In this document: in pieces, positions 9,871 to 22,526 of the stretch
Numbering within the stretch: position 1 is the first letter of the stretch
Layout of the letters: each line of letters opens with the position of its first letter
Source of the DNA: Tubulanus polymorphus
Taxonomy: Eukaryota; Animalia; Nemertea
Direction: 5' to 3'
NCBI RefSeq assembly: GCF_964204645.1
Contig: NC_134034.1
Coordinates: 6,050,914-6,114,913, forward strand
Length of the DNA: 64,000 nt
Program-made: the position numbers and the translations under genes
Notes under the pieces: generated by a model
Seen by the model: the letters and a program-made list of their open reading frames with translations, nothing else
What the model was told of the DNA's origin: nothing
Database searches by the model: none

Positions 9871-10123
9871 TTGACCCCTCAATTGAAGATAGAGACCCGC
9901 AACCAGTCTAATATTGAATGGGACAGGCAACCAGTCTCACGCAGAATTGGACAGGCGACCAGTCTACATAGATGGCAGCACGAACTGATATAAAAATGCA
10001 TTTACATAACCTAGAGATAAAATAATCGACTACGAATTTTGTCATTTGTATTCATTTTTAGGAGTGAAGTTAGCGAAAATTGTTCCAAAGTTATGAATAT
10101 TTAATCCGGAGTGATAAACTTTA

Positions 10124-10174
10124 GTCACGTGATATTGATGTAAAGCCGCCATTTTGTATTTGGAAACCGGAAGT
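10124..10174 (+). promoter_or_regulatory. Duplicated host promoter motif cluster, copy 1 (no downstream donor)
   Basis: GTCACGTGA, GCCGCCATTTTG, CCGGAAGT, identical to 15612-15662. Confidence 0.6.
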
Positions 10175-10246
10175 AAAGAAATTATTTTGGGCTATAGTAT
10201 CCATAATATCGATCGAGATCGAATTTTTGCCTTTAGATTCGGCTCT

Positions 10247-10414
10247 CTAGCCGTATGTACAGCAATATTGAAAACCATCTTTGCTAATCTTACGCTTATT
10301 AAATTCTGTTATAGCTAATTTATCTAATTCGCACTTAGAACACTTCTTGTAGTATATATTTATAACACCAGCGTTATTTGTAATATTGATAGTTTGTGGT
10401 TGTTCTGGTTCCAT
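10247..10414 (-). pseudogene. Truncated HNH gene, Zn-ribbon part only (also 12991-13158)
   Basis: The duplication junction cuts the ORF at ..GFQYCC|TYG*. Confidence 0.85.
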
Positions 10415-10421
10415 TTTAATA

Positions 10422-11264
10422 TCAAATTTTTTTACTAAATTGATTTCCATATTTGGGGTTATGATATTTTGATTTAAGATGGTGTGATTTATTGCTTCGA
10501 GTATATTTTCCACAATTACATAAAACGCTTTCATTAGGATTATATTTAGGCGTAACAATTTCATTATCTAAGTTACATTGAGTTCCAACATCTTTAAATG
10601 ATTTTTCATTATCTAATTCACATTGAATACCAATATTTGATGAATTTTCATTATAGATAATTGGTTTATCATCAAAATTTAAATAATATAATTGTCTTTT
10701 TTCAATTCTTAAGTTAATCAAATTATTGTAACCTCTAGAAAGTATTAAATCATCATTTCTTTCATTGAAAGGAGTTTCAAGAATATTTATAATTTTTTCA
10801 TCTAAAGTTCCTTTATGATTTAAAACTGTATTAAATATGTTAGGATTTTTGATTCCATTATCTATCAGTTCAATAATTAAATATGCTACATTTGATAATA
10901 TTTGATTGATTATAGAAATATTATCAATTTTATATTGTCTTCCATACACTAAATTTGTTGCTGAGATATAATTTTCAATGTTAAATAATGAAAATAAGTT
11001 ATCATTATTCATATTTCTAATATGACTATTAGATTTTAAATGTTCTTTATAAAATCTTTTATCACTGAATGATTGATTACATGTATCACATTTATATGTT
11101 TCTTTTTCATTCTTTAATTCATCTAATTTAGTTTCTAATATATCATCTTTATATTCTAGTTTCAATTTATTCTCTAAATGTGTTTTAGTTTTATTGTGTC
11201 TTGATTTTTGGGATTTATCTATATTGATTTTACATGTTGGGCAGTAGTACTTATTTGCTTCCAT
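10422..11264 (-). CDS. Multi zinc-finger protein, copy 2
   Basis: Identical to copy 1 except Y->F (11053). Confidence 0.8.
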   Translation of the reverse strand: MEANKYYCPTCKINIDKSQKSRHNKTKTHLENKLKLEYKDDILETKLDELKNEKETYKCDTCNQSFSDKRFYKEHLKSNSHIRNMNNDNLFSLFNIENYISATNLVYGRQYKIDNISIINQILSNVAYLIIELIDNGIKNPNIFNTVLNHKGTLDEKIINILETPFNERNDDLILSRGYNNLINLRIEKRQLYYLNFDDKPIIYNENSSNIGIQCELDNEKSFKDVGTQCNLDNEIVTPKYNPNESVLCNCGKYTRSNKSHHLKSKYHNPKYGNQFSKKI

Positions 11265-12867
11265 TTTAATATCAAATTTTTTATTAAAATTGCTTTTAGA
11301 AGTTATTCATTTATATTTTATTCATATATATGAATATTTTAAGAGTAATAGGGGTTTAGTTGTTTCATATCAAAGGTTGAGGGGGCGAGTGAGTAAAAAA
11401 TAAAAAATAAATTCGAGTGTGCGAGAATTTATTTTTTATTTTTTACTCACTCGACCCTTCGACCTTTGGTATGAAACAACTAAACCCCTATTACTAGTCT
11501 CGAATCACCGAGAAAATCAGCTCAAGGTTGAAAAGCTCAGCTGAAAGACCAGCAACGTCAGCAGACACGGACTCGTGACGTGGACCTTCCTTAAAACGAT
11601 ACAGCTATAAGTACGTGACTACACTACACGTGTATAAGGATAAACAGCGAGTGGTGGCCTCGTTTCAGATCGCGCTACCAGAACCGTTTGATTTTTCCAA
11701 GCCTACAGAATGGCCAAAATGGCTCAAGAGATTTGATAGGTTCAGTATAGCATCAGGCCTGTCAACAAAGGATGGGGCTACCCAGGTAAATACACTGATT
11801 TACAACATGGGTGAAAAGGCTGATGAAATCTTAGAAGCCGAGCAAAGCTCATAACGTTTTCCGTAAAAGAAGGATAAATAATGCTATTGCGGACTGGTCA
11901 TCAGGTCTGAAGGTTGGTTCCATGGTAAATCTCGCCACATCAGAAGTGAACAATAATTATTGAATTCAGTGAAACAATAATCGATTTCCAGCAAAGTCAA
12001 CACTGGACATTGCATGTGGTCCATGAGGAGAGGAGGATATTGCAAACTTCCAGTGTGATCTGAATAACTTGTCTTGGCCAAGTCTCTTAATTTGAGTGTC
12101 CCAACTTGCTGTCTGTATCAGGAAATCAGTACGCTGAGGTGGATCCAAATATATCTGATCTCACAGGCACTAAGGAGTTCAACAATTGTAAACTTTATTC
12201 AGATACTAAATATAGTCATTTTACAACACTATTAAAACATAAATTCACTAAATACATCTCTGGAATAGAAAATGTGTCCTCTATATCCTTCAGAATGGTC
12301 TGTATTCAGTGACTGGTCGAGGCTGAGCTCACAATAGATTTCAATCCTTGTTAGTTTCTGTTTACATACAGCAATTAATGCCTCTCCGTCCATTGTAAAG
12401 TTTCCTTTTGTTTGTTGATTACATTAATGATTCGTTAATTATCAGATGCTATTTTAATCATTCATACTGCAGGGCTATTTTGATATTGCTCGAAGCTATA
12501 AACCAGATTCGAAGAGCCATCTTAACCAGGAAGTAACTTGCTTCTTACATGTCTGACCTTATTTGACATGCATCGAAAATATAAAATGGAGGATGGGCAT
12601 AACCCCTATTACTATTGACCCCTCAATTGAAGATAGAGACCCGCAACCAGTCTAATATTGAATGGGACAGGCAACCAGTCTCACGCAGAATTGGACAGGC
12701 GACCAGTCTACATAGATGGCAGCACGAACTGATATAAAAATGCATTTACATAACCTAGAGATAAAATAATCGACTACGAATTTTGTCATTTGTATTCATT
12801 TTTAGGAGTGAAGTTAGCGAAAATTGTTCCAAAGTTATGAATATTTAATCCGGAGTGATAAACTTTA

Positions 12868-12918
12868 GTCACGTGATATTGATGTAAAGCCGCCATTTTG
12901 TATTTGGAAACCGGAAGT
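12868..12918 (+). promoter_or_regulatory. Duplicated host promoter motif cluster, copy 2
   Basis: Same E-box, YY1 and ETS motifs. Confidence 0.6.
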
Positions 12919-13165
12919 AAAGAAATTATTTTGGGCTATAGTATCCATAATATCGATCGAGATCGAATTTTTGCCTTTAGATTCGGCTCTCTAGCCGTAT
13001 GTACAGCAATATTGAAAACCATCTTTGCTAATCTTACGCTTATTAAATTCTGTTATAGCTAATTTATCTAATTCGCACTTAGAACACTTCTTGTAGTATA
13101 TATTTATAACACCAGCGTTATTTGTAATATTGATAGTTTGTGGTTGTTCTGGTTCCATTTTAATA

Positions 13166-14008
13166 TCAAATTTTTTTACTAAATTGATTTCCATATTTGG
13201 GGTTATGATATTTTGATTTAAGATGGTGTGATTTATTGCTTCGAGTATATTTTCCACAATTACATAAAACGCTTTCATTAGGATTATATTTAGGCGTAAC
13301 AATTTCATTATCTAAGTTACATTGAGTTCCAACATCTTTAAATGATTTTTCATTATCTAATTCACATTGAATACCAATATTTGATGAATTTTCATTATAG
13401 ATAATTGGTTTATCATCAAAATTTAAATAATATAATTGTCTTTTTTCAATTCTTAAGTTAATCAAATTATTGTAACCTCTAGAAAGTATTAAATCATCAT
13501 TTCTTTCATTGAAAGGAGTTTCAAGAATATTTATAATTTTTTCATCTAAAGTTCCTTTATGATTTAAAACTGTATTAAATATGTTAGGATTTTTGATTCC
13601 ATTATCTATCAGTTCAATAATTAAATATGCTACATTTGATAATATTTGATTGATTATAGAAATATTATCAATTTTATATTGTCTTCCATACACTAAATTT
13701 GTTGCTGAGATATAATTTTCAATGTTAAATAATGAAAATAAGTTATCATTATTCATATTTCTAATATGACTATTAGATTTTAAATGTTCTTTATAATATC
13801 TTTTATCACTGAATGATTGATTACATGTATCACATTTATATGTTTCTTTTTCATTCTTTAATTCATCTAATTTAGTTTCTAATATATCATCTTTATATTC
13901 TAGTTTCAATTTATTCTCTAAATGTGTTTTAGTTTTATTGTGTCTTGATTTTTGGGATTTATCTATATTGATTTTACATGTTGGGCAGTAGTACTTATTT
14001 GCTTCCAT
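13166..14008 (-). CDS. Multi zinc-finger protein, copy 3
   Basis: Protein identical to copy 1. Confidence 0.8.
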   Translation of the reverse strand: MEANKYYCPTCKINIDKSQKSRHNKTKTHLENKLKLEYKDDILETKLDELKNEKETYKCDTCNQSFSDKRYYKEHLKSNSHIRNMNNDNLFSLFNIENYISATNLVYGRQYKIDNISIINQILSNVAYLIIELIDNGIKNPNIFNTVLNHKGTLDEKIINILETPFNERNDDLILSRGYNNLINLRIEKRQLYYLNFDDKPIIYNENSSNIGIQCELDNEKSFKDVGTQCNLDNEIVTPKYNPNESVLCNCGKYTRSNKSHHLKSKYHNPKYGNQFSKKI

Positions 14009-15611
14009 TTTAATATCAAATTTTTTATTAAAATTGCTTTTAGAAGTTATTCATTTATATTTTATTCATATATATGAATATTTTAAGAGTAATAGGGGTT
14101 TAGTTGTTTCATATCAAAGGTTGAGGGGGCGAGTGAGTAAAAAATAAAAAATAAATTCGAGTGTGCGAGAATTTATTTTTTATTTTTTACTCACTCGACC
14201 CTTCGACCTTTGGTATGAAACAACTAAACCCCTATTACTAGTCTCGAATCACCGAGAAAATCAGCTCAAGGTTGAAAAGCTCAGCTGAAAGACCAGCAAC
14301 GTCAGCAGACACGGACTCGTGACGTGGACCTTCCTTAAAACGATACAGCTATAAGTACGTGACTACACTACACGTGTATAAGGATAAACAGCGAGTGGTG
14401 GCCTCGTTTCAGATCGCGCTACCAGAACCGTTTGATTTTTCCAAGCCTACAGAATGGCCAAAATGGCTCAAGAGATTTGATAGGTTCAGTATAGCATCAG
14501 GCCTGTCAACAAAGGATGGGGCTACCCAGGTAAATACACTGATTTACAACATGGGTGAAAAGGCTGATGAAATCTTAGAAGCCGAGCAAAGCTCATAACG
14601 TTTTCCGTAAAAGAAGGATAAATAATGCTATTGCGGACTGGTCATCAGGTCTGAAGGTTGGTTCCATGGTAAATCTCGCCACATCAGAAGTGAACAATAA
14701 TTATTGAATTCAGTGAAACAATAATCGATTTCCAGCAAAGTCAACACTGGACATTGCATGTGGTCCATGAGGAGAGGAGGATATTGCAAACTTCCAGTGT
14801 GATCTGAATAACTTGTCTTGGCCAAGTCTCTTAATTTGAGTGTCCCAACTTGCTGTCTGTATCAGGAAATCAGTACGCTGAGGTGGATCCAAATATATCT
14901 GATCTCACAGGCACTAAGGAGTTCAACAATTGTAAACTTTATTCAGATACTAAATATAGTCATTTTACAACACTATTAAAACATAAATTCACTAAATACA
15001 TCTCTGGAATAGAAAATGTGTCCTCTATATCCTTCAGAATGGTCTGTATTCAGTGACTGGTCGAGGCTGAGCTCACAATAGATTTCAATCCTTGTTAGTT
15101 TCTGTTTACATACAGCAATTAATGCCTCTCCGTCCATTGTAAAGTTTCCTTTTGTTTGTTGATTACATTAATGATTCGTTAATTATCAGATGCTATTTTA
15201 ATCATTCATACTGCAGGGCTATTTTGATATTGCTCGAAGCTATAAACCAGATTCGAAGAGCCATCTTAACCAGGAAGTAACTTGCTTCTTACATGTCTGA
15301 CCTTATTTGACATGCATCGAAAATATAAAATGGAGGATGGGCATAACCCCTATTACTATTGACCCCTCAATTGAAGATAGAGACCCGCAACCAGTCTAAT
15401 ATTGAATGGGACAGGCAACCAGTCTCACGCAGAATTGGACAGGCGACCAGTCTACATAGATGGCAGTACGAACTGATATAAAAATGCATTTACATAACCT
15501 AGAGATAAAATAATCGACTACGAATTTTGTCATTTGTATTCATTTTTAGGAGTGAAGTTAGCGAAAATTGTTCCAAAGTTATGAATATTTAATCCGGAGT
15601 GATAAACTTTA

Positions 15612-15816
15612 GTCACGTGATATTGATGTAAAGCCGCCATTTTGTATTTGGAAACCGGAAGTAAAGAAATTATTTTGGGCTATAGTATCCATAATATCGA
15701 TCGAGATCGAATTTTTGCCTTTAGATTCGGCTCTCTAGCCGTATGTACAATGTGTTTGTGCTTTGAAGGCACGCAGGATTATTCTTCAATTTTTGGTGGC
15801 TGACGTTAAGTTTTAG
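15612..15816 (+). promoter_or_regulatory. Probable housekeeping promoter and non-coding first exon of the PTPN4-like gene
   Basis: E-box GTCACGTGA 15612, YY1 GCCGCCATTTTG 15633, ETS CCGGAAGT 15655, CpG-rich stretch, strong donor AG|GTAAGA at 15816/15817. The link to PTPN4 is inferred. Confidence 0.6.
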
Positions 15817-15883
15817 GTAAGAAGCTTTTGTCCTGACATTGACGGGATTGGAATTTTAATTTATTAGCTATGCTGCTAGGCCT

Positions 15884-16015
15884 ACACCTAGCCCACCTGG
15901 ATAGATGTCATAGCACTCCCGACCCTACACTCACATCCTCCCCCGGCAGGGATTCGAACCTGATGGCATCGAGATTGCCACAGTACGAATCCCTGCTACA
16001 CTAGACTGAGTGCGC
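15884..16015 (-). mobile_element. tRNA-derived SINE head
   Basis: Minus strand reads gcgcactcagtctagtgtagcaggg..gatgccatcaGGTTCGAATCCctg (B box); homologous to 17034-17056 plus 18338-18401. Confidence 0.7.
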
Positions 16016-16030
16016 AGCTACAAGTACAAT

Positions 16031-16877
16031 TAGTCAGTAACCTGTCTGTGGTTTAGTTTCACGATCGGATATTTTCACAAACCACAGTCAGGAATCGGAA
16101 GGTCATTTTTGTATGAAATCTTCGTCAGCCAATTTGACTGACGAGTAATTTGCCTGGCATTTCATTGTCTCTTAAGATATCCGTCTAATTTTTGTTGTAA
16201 TCGACGCACAACAGATTCGTAGTTTGTCTGATACCTATAACACCTCACCTGACGATCTTAATCCATGTGCAAATCGGCCGTAAAGTGAGAGTAAATTTCC
16301 GTCGGGTCAACAGCTGCCATTTTGAAAATTACTGGAGGTGCTGGCACCTGTGGACTGAGGCCAGGACAACAGCACAAACTAACGAATCGAAACGACGAAA
16401 TTGAAAAAAATTAAGAAATCAACACTTATTCACATTTTTCTTTTGCCAGAATTTATTATTTCATTATTTAATATGGAAAACCTGAAGATTTGAAATATAA
16501 GTTGGAAAACCATCAAAAATAAAAATTGTCGTTTCGTCTTGGAAGTTTTATATAAATCCTTGTAGGTCCCTTTGTCTTATCATGCCACATGTGCAATACA
16601 GAGAAATGGTGGCCAATGGCGAAATTGGTGGAGAAATTAATTAATTTCTCAAAATAATTTTGATTAACCACTCGAAACATACATAAAATTGGATTATTTC
16701 GAAAGGTACCTGTGTTAGATTGTGAATTAAGCCATTAATTGTGGACTGAAGTGAATAGAAAGTATATTTTTGAAGTGTTACTTTTTTCAACCGTGTTTTG
16801 GTCCTTGTTGTCCCTAACATTGGTATAAGCTCATCCGATTATAAAAAGCTTACCACCAACGATTAGGTTACTAACTA
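16031..16877. mobile_element. Non-autonomous DNA transposon, copy A (TAG termini, 10-bp TSD; AcademH-like)
   Basis: TIR tagtcagtaacct/aggttactaacta; TSD caagtacaat at 16021-16030 and 16878-16887. Confidence 0.8.
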
Positions 16878-17056
16878 CAAGTACAATGTATGTAGCTTTA
16901 AGATAATGATGTTATATCAGCCGATCAGAAATCTCGTTTTATTTTACTTTTAGTTCGGGTTTTCCCATTTATAGTTCTTCTGTGAATTTACCTCTGCGAT
17001 TATACGGCCAGCAAGTTTTCTTGCGGCAAACCTGAGCACCCGGTCTACTGTGGCAG

Positions 17057-18328
17057 TAGTCAGTAGGCCTAACCTGTCTGTGGATTAGTTTCACGATCGG
17101 ATATTTTCACAAACCACTGTCAGGAATGGGAAGGTCATTTTTCAATGAAATCTCCGTCAGCCAATTTGACTGACGAGTAATTTGCCTGGCATTTCGTTGT
17201 CTCTTAAGATATCCGTCTAATTTTTGTTGTAAGCGACGCACAACAGATTCGTAGTTTGTCTGATACCTATAACCGGTCCTCCTTATTACCGAGATGACGT
17301 TATTTACCGAGATGACATGAAATATAACGTATTTATTTGTTCCTCATTGATTTTAACACTTGAAATCATATTATAGGCTAGGCCTATCAGTAATAAATGC
17401 CCGCTGGAGTCATATTTTGTCGGATATTTTTGTAGAAAAATAACTTTTAACTTTACCGAGATGAGATCGTAGATCAATCAAATTCAAAGAAATTTTATTG
17501 CTAACCAAGAGGAAGTCAAATTTTTTTAAACAAAACATCTGGAAAAATATGTAAAATATGACTCTAGAAGGTATTTTTACTGATGTAACATGATTTCAAG
17601 TGTTAAAATCGATAAGGAATAAATAAATATATTATATTTCATGTCATCTCGGTAAATAATGTCATCTCGGTAATAAGGAGGACCCCCTATAACACCTCAC
17701 CTGACGATCTTAATCCATGTGCAAATCGGCCGTAAAGTGAGAGTAAATTTCCGTCAAGTCAACAGCTGCCATTTTGAAAATTACTGGAGGGTTCTGGCAC
17801 CTGTGTACTGAGGCCAGGATAACAGCGCAAACTAACGAAGCGAAACGACGGAATTGAAAAAATTAAGAAATCAACACTAATTCACATTTTTCTTCATCCA
17901 GAATTTATTATTTCATTATTTATCATGGAAAGCACAAAGATTTGAAATACATGTTGGAAAACTATCAAAAATAAAAATTGTCTTGGAAGTTTTATATTGA
18001 TCCTTGTAGGTCACCTTGTCTATCGTGCCACATGTATGCAATACAGAGAAATGGCGGCCAATGGCAGAATTTGTGGAGAAGTTAATTAATTTCTCAAAAT
18101 AATGTTGATTAATCACTCGAAACATAGTCCTACATAAAATTGGATGATTTCGGAAGGTACCTGTGTTAGTTTGTGAATTAAGCCATTAATAGTGGACTGA
18201 AGTGAATAGAAAGTATATTTTTGAAGTGTTACTTTTTTCAACTGTGTTTTGGCCCTCGTCATCCCTAACGTTGGTATAAGCCCATCCGATTATAAAAAGC
18301 TTGCCACCAACGATTAGGTAACTAACTA
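17057..18328. mobile_element. Same family, copy B (9-bp TSD), inserted in a SINE head and carrying a nested MITE
   Basis: Colinear with copy A; TSD ctgtggcag at 17048-17056 and 18329-18337. Confidence 0.8.
17274..17685. mobile_element. Palindromic MITE with 8-bp TSD (Merlin-like or hAT-like)
   Basis: Long TIR ggtcctccttattaccgagatgac..; TSD cctataac; the empty site is visible in copy A. Confidence 0.85.
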
Positions 18329-19529
18329 CTGTGGCAGGGGTTTGTGTCGTCGCTGAGTGTCACGATGCCATCAGGTTCGAATCCCTGCTGTGGGAGGATG
18401 TCCACTAATGACTGATTATGCTAAGTCAATCCTAAAAAATTCGTAATTTTATTTCAGATATTTTTTTGACGGCCGATTATGATCCCTGGGATATGTTTTT
18501 GTTCTTGCCACCATGGGGCGTTGGATATTGAATTTTATTCAATGTGCCTATTTAGGCCCTATATTGATACCTATGGATATTTCTCAACCACAATCAATTG
18601 TCATAAATTGTAGCTCGTGACATGTTCTATAATTGTGATGAGTTTCCAGGTCATGGTTGTTGTAGGCCTAAATGGTCTACAGTCCTGGGGCGCTAAATAG
18701 CCAAATAAGTTAGGCCTACTATCTTCATATTGTATTGGTTGTAAGGCATATTTTATTACCACAATGTAGGCCCTATTGCAAAATTGTGACATGTTCTATG
18801 TTTGTGGTGAGTTTTAGGTGTGCATGGTGTCTCTATGGAAATATAGACCATGATGGGCTACCCGCACTTATTTCACGCTAAAAATCATAGTTCACTGACA
18901 GTGTTCTCGGGACCACACTTATAAACTGCGAATTTTGAATTTTTAGGCATAGGAAATAATTGAAATATAAGGTTTGTGCATAGTCTACCCACTTCTTGCT
19001 CTATTGCAAATTTTGTTTGCATAGCCGGTATAATTCACTGTTGCCATATAATTTGATGATTATAATCACATGATGTCAATATCAGTGCCTTTCAGTTGTA
19101 GGTCAACTCAGTTGATTGTTAGTATAATACAAGCAAATGAGGTCCTATCCATATTACCCCTCCCCAGCAGGGAATGGATCAGTAAAAAACCCTGTCACCC
19201 TTGCTCAGCTTAGATGATGTCATTTTTACCCTATCAGAATTTTTGTTTCTATTTACCCTGGGTTTCTAGCCCACATAGGACTTAAGTCCCAGCTGGCCAT
19301 TGCAATCACTATGTTGGTGTCTGTCTAGATGGAATCCAGTTATTTTTGGAAGTTTTGAAGATGCTTGATCAATGGATTGTCTTGATATTTGGTTTAGGCC
19401 TATATACATGAACTGCCCTAGACACAACTTCAGCCTAAACAGTTGCCCGGTCAGAATAAAGATGGTAGACTGGTAGCATTTTTTGTTTGTCAAATTCAGC
19501 AGAACTTGCACAATTTTGGTTTACCTACA

Positions 19530-20162
19530 GGCGCGTTCACATGATGAACTTTTAGTCCGGTCCAATTTAGACCAGACCAAGCATTCACATGGGCAAAAAT
19601 GCCGTTCAAAATTAGACCGGTCTAATTTGGCACGGTCTAAAGGAGCGAACCAGGTTTGTCCAAATTTTGGACCGGTCTAAATCTATGTGTGTGGACACTG
19701 GTACCAGGTCTGGTTTAAATTGTAATTCTGAATCTGCGGTGGATGTCGCGACCTTAGAGTGTGGGTCCAGTTTAGTTTTAAATGCTTTTTTTAGTGTTAA
19801 TGTAATTATTTTTTAGTACGATTTTTTCCTCGCGATACCATGGAAATAACGTAACAAATATTCATATTCGTATGTCGCAATCATCATCCGTTTTACTTCC
19901 TTGTTTTAATTTGTGTTAAAACAACACTTAGGGTTTCAGCGTGATAGAATAAAATCGAATTTGGAATCTAGAAGCAAGACTTCATCCAGGCCTAGTTAAT
20001 TATTTAGCATATGGCCACATCGTTTGGGCTCAGTGACAAGCGATTTAATCAAGGTGTGTCAAAACGCTGTGTGAATGCTCACCAAAACTTGATCCGGTCT
20101 AAATTTGGACCGGATCAGGTATGGACCCATTTAGACTGGTCTAACTAGTTGTGGTGTGAATA
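19530..20162. mobile_element. Harbinger-like MITE remnant
   Basis: ggcgcgttcaca start, repeated tagaccggtcta-type subterminal motifs at both ends, ends gtgtgaat. Confidence 0.5.
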
Positions 20163-22378
20163 ATGTCATCGACAATTTGGGAAATTCTTGGAATTTCGGA
20201 TGTGATTATGGGAAAGCCACAGAATAGCGGGCATTTCATTCGACATTCATGCAGTGCATAGTTCGCTCATAGTCAGTGTTTGTCGTGAGGAATATAGGCT
20301 AATGGAGTCGGCTATCTAACTAAGTATCCCGTACTTAGTAAGCATGGCAATTTCTAGCTTCATTGATTTGTCTCATCATTGTCTTACTCTGACTACATAG
20401 GCCTAATACATCCTTTGAAAAAGTTAGACCATTGGTTCCAGAAAAGTGACTCATTTCGCTTTGTTTAATTGTCGAACCCATACATTACCGTAATGTCCTG
20501 GGGCGAGACACTTATCCTCATTGCCTCTCTTAACCTATAGGAAATGGGTACCTGGTCTGATAGATGACTCCTGATCGTCTACTAGCAGCTGCTCAGATGT
20601 TGTTTCTCCTCAGGCAGAGATGACTGATAGATGGTTGTTAGAGTTGAACGTTGTATCACAGTGAGAGAGCAGTATTGAAATTAGATAACTAAAAAGGATA
20701 CTAACTCGGCAAGGGGCAAATCTGATTCGATCCTGGTCCGTGCCTATTTGGCCCGGGCCAAATTGTCTCAGTGTGATCGGGGCTATTGTCGGGTTGATAG
20801 GATACATGGCACCCAAGGACAACCAAAATGGGGTCTTCATTATGTTTCGTATGTTCCTTCGTGGTGCTATGTTGAGAATAGGCATAGAGTGGTATCGCAT
20901 TTTATGGATTTTCATGGGCTTGCAAGTTCATATTTCTATCACACGGATTGATAACTTGCTTGGGGAGTTGATAACTTTCGTTAGAAACTTTCTTGGGCTC
21001 TGATATTTACACACATGTAATGCAGTTATAAAATCTAGGTTCCTTACGTATAGGCCTTTGGCTATATCGGTTGTCGTTTTTATTGTTTTATAATTTTGTT
21101 CAATTGTTTTTGTTATTTCAGCAGCGCATACCAACCTTGGTTGAGCATGTGTGATCAGTCTTCAAATTGGTATTCATGCGCGGCATAGTGCTGCTGACAA
21201 TTCAATTCATTCTTTATTGACACAATTGGAATTTCACAATTTAAAGCATTTACTTTCACATTATTAAAAAATTCTTTTAATTTTCTTTTACTTTCATTGG
21301 GTGCTTGCGTTAGCGGCCATTTTTAAATCTCAGTATGAACATTTATAATTTTCAGTTTAAATATCTAAAACTTAACCGCTTTTCTGTATAATAAATTTTG
21401 AATTGAACTGAATTGAAGACTGGTTCCCTTTCTCAAAAGCCAGGGGCAGTAGTCTATGGTGGCAATAAATTTGATCGGATGATCATAGTCGATTGTCATT
21501 GAAGGAAATGCATCTTATTCTTGCTTAATGTCTTTACTATTTTAAAAAGAAAAATTGTGGCTCCTATCTCTTTTCGTGTTCCCTTCGTGTCCATGTCAAC
21601 AATAAAATCATTCCGACCGAACCCTAGTCCCCGGGTGTAACATTTCGTGTAACGATGTAAGGCAACATCGATCTCTTAGCTCTTTAAAAAGTAATCAGTT
21701 CAAAGTACGATTAATTCTACTACAGAAATATAAAGCAAGCTTTCAGTATAACCATGTCAGCAAGCTCATTTTTAGAATTTCTTTTTTGTTCAAATATGAT
21801 TAGGCCTATGACAAGACAATTGTACGAACTACATTGAACGCCAGCCTGCCTCGGGGCCCTTGTATATTTTCCCAGATTTTCTAGAACTTTCAATTTTCTC
21901 GGCTTAGTCTCTAGGGCTTTGAACCTCTTGTTTTTTCTTACAGACAATATTTTGGGTAATTTTCTATCATGCTAATAAACTTTAGCTCAATGGTGCTAAT
22001 TTTATTAATCATGGTAAAGTTAAATCAATGTTGAGGCATCCCTCACACATTTCATCTAACACATAAGGATTACACAGCGACCTTGAGTTTTGTATGCAGA
22101 TCCATTATAAGTTTTGTGTCAGCATTTTGGTTGTTTATTTGTGGTTACTTCAAGGCATCAAATGAGTGGTGGGGCAAGCAGTCGGTACTTTCGGTAGTCG
22201 GTGGATTTTTCACACATTGAGTTAAATTTGAATTTTTTCTGTACATTTACTGAAACTTTCGTTCAAGATGCTGCTTTCTCTACCTACTAACCCGCGCACA
22301 AAATAAGTGCTTGGTTTAAGGTTAAATGGCTTAGGCTAATTGCTGAAATGTTAAGGTTATCCCTGAAAATTGATGGTA

Positions 22379-22526
22379 CAGTCAACCCCTGATATACTGT
22401 CCTCCCATATACTGCCACCCCGCCTACCGTCAGGTTTTCTCAATGTACATCCCGATATACGGTCATACTCTTTATACTACCAAAATCATTCTGCACCGAT
22501 GTGGGCGGTATATCGGGGGTTGGCTG
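22379..22526. mobile_element. Tc1/mariner (Tigger/pogo-like) MITE
   Basis: TA|cagtcaacccctgatatac ... gtatatcgggggttggctg|TA. Confidence 0.8.

Larger units (their letters stand above)
7514..15749. repeat. Direct tandem triplication, unit 2744 bp (7514-10257, 10258-13001, 13002-15745)
   Basis: ORF set recurs at exactly +2744; TACA microhomology at the junctions; only three differences noticed (7617, 11053, 15467). Confidence 0.98.

Noticed and set aside
15884-18401. tRNA genes suggested by GGTTCGAATCC boxes (also 41137 and 61142)
   Set aside because: No complete cloverleaf; degenerate and interrupted, consistent with SINE heads.
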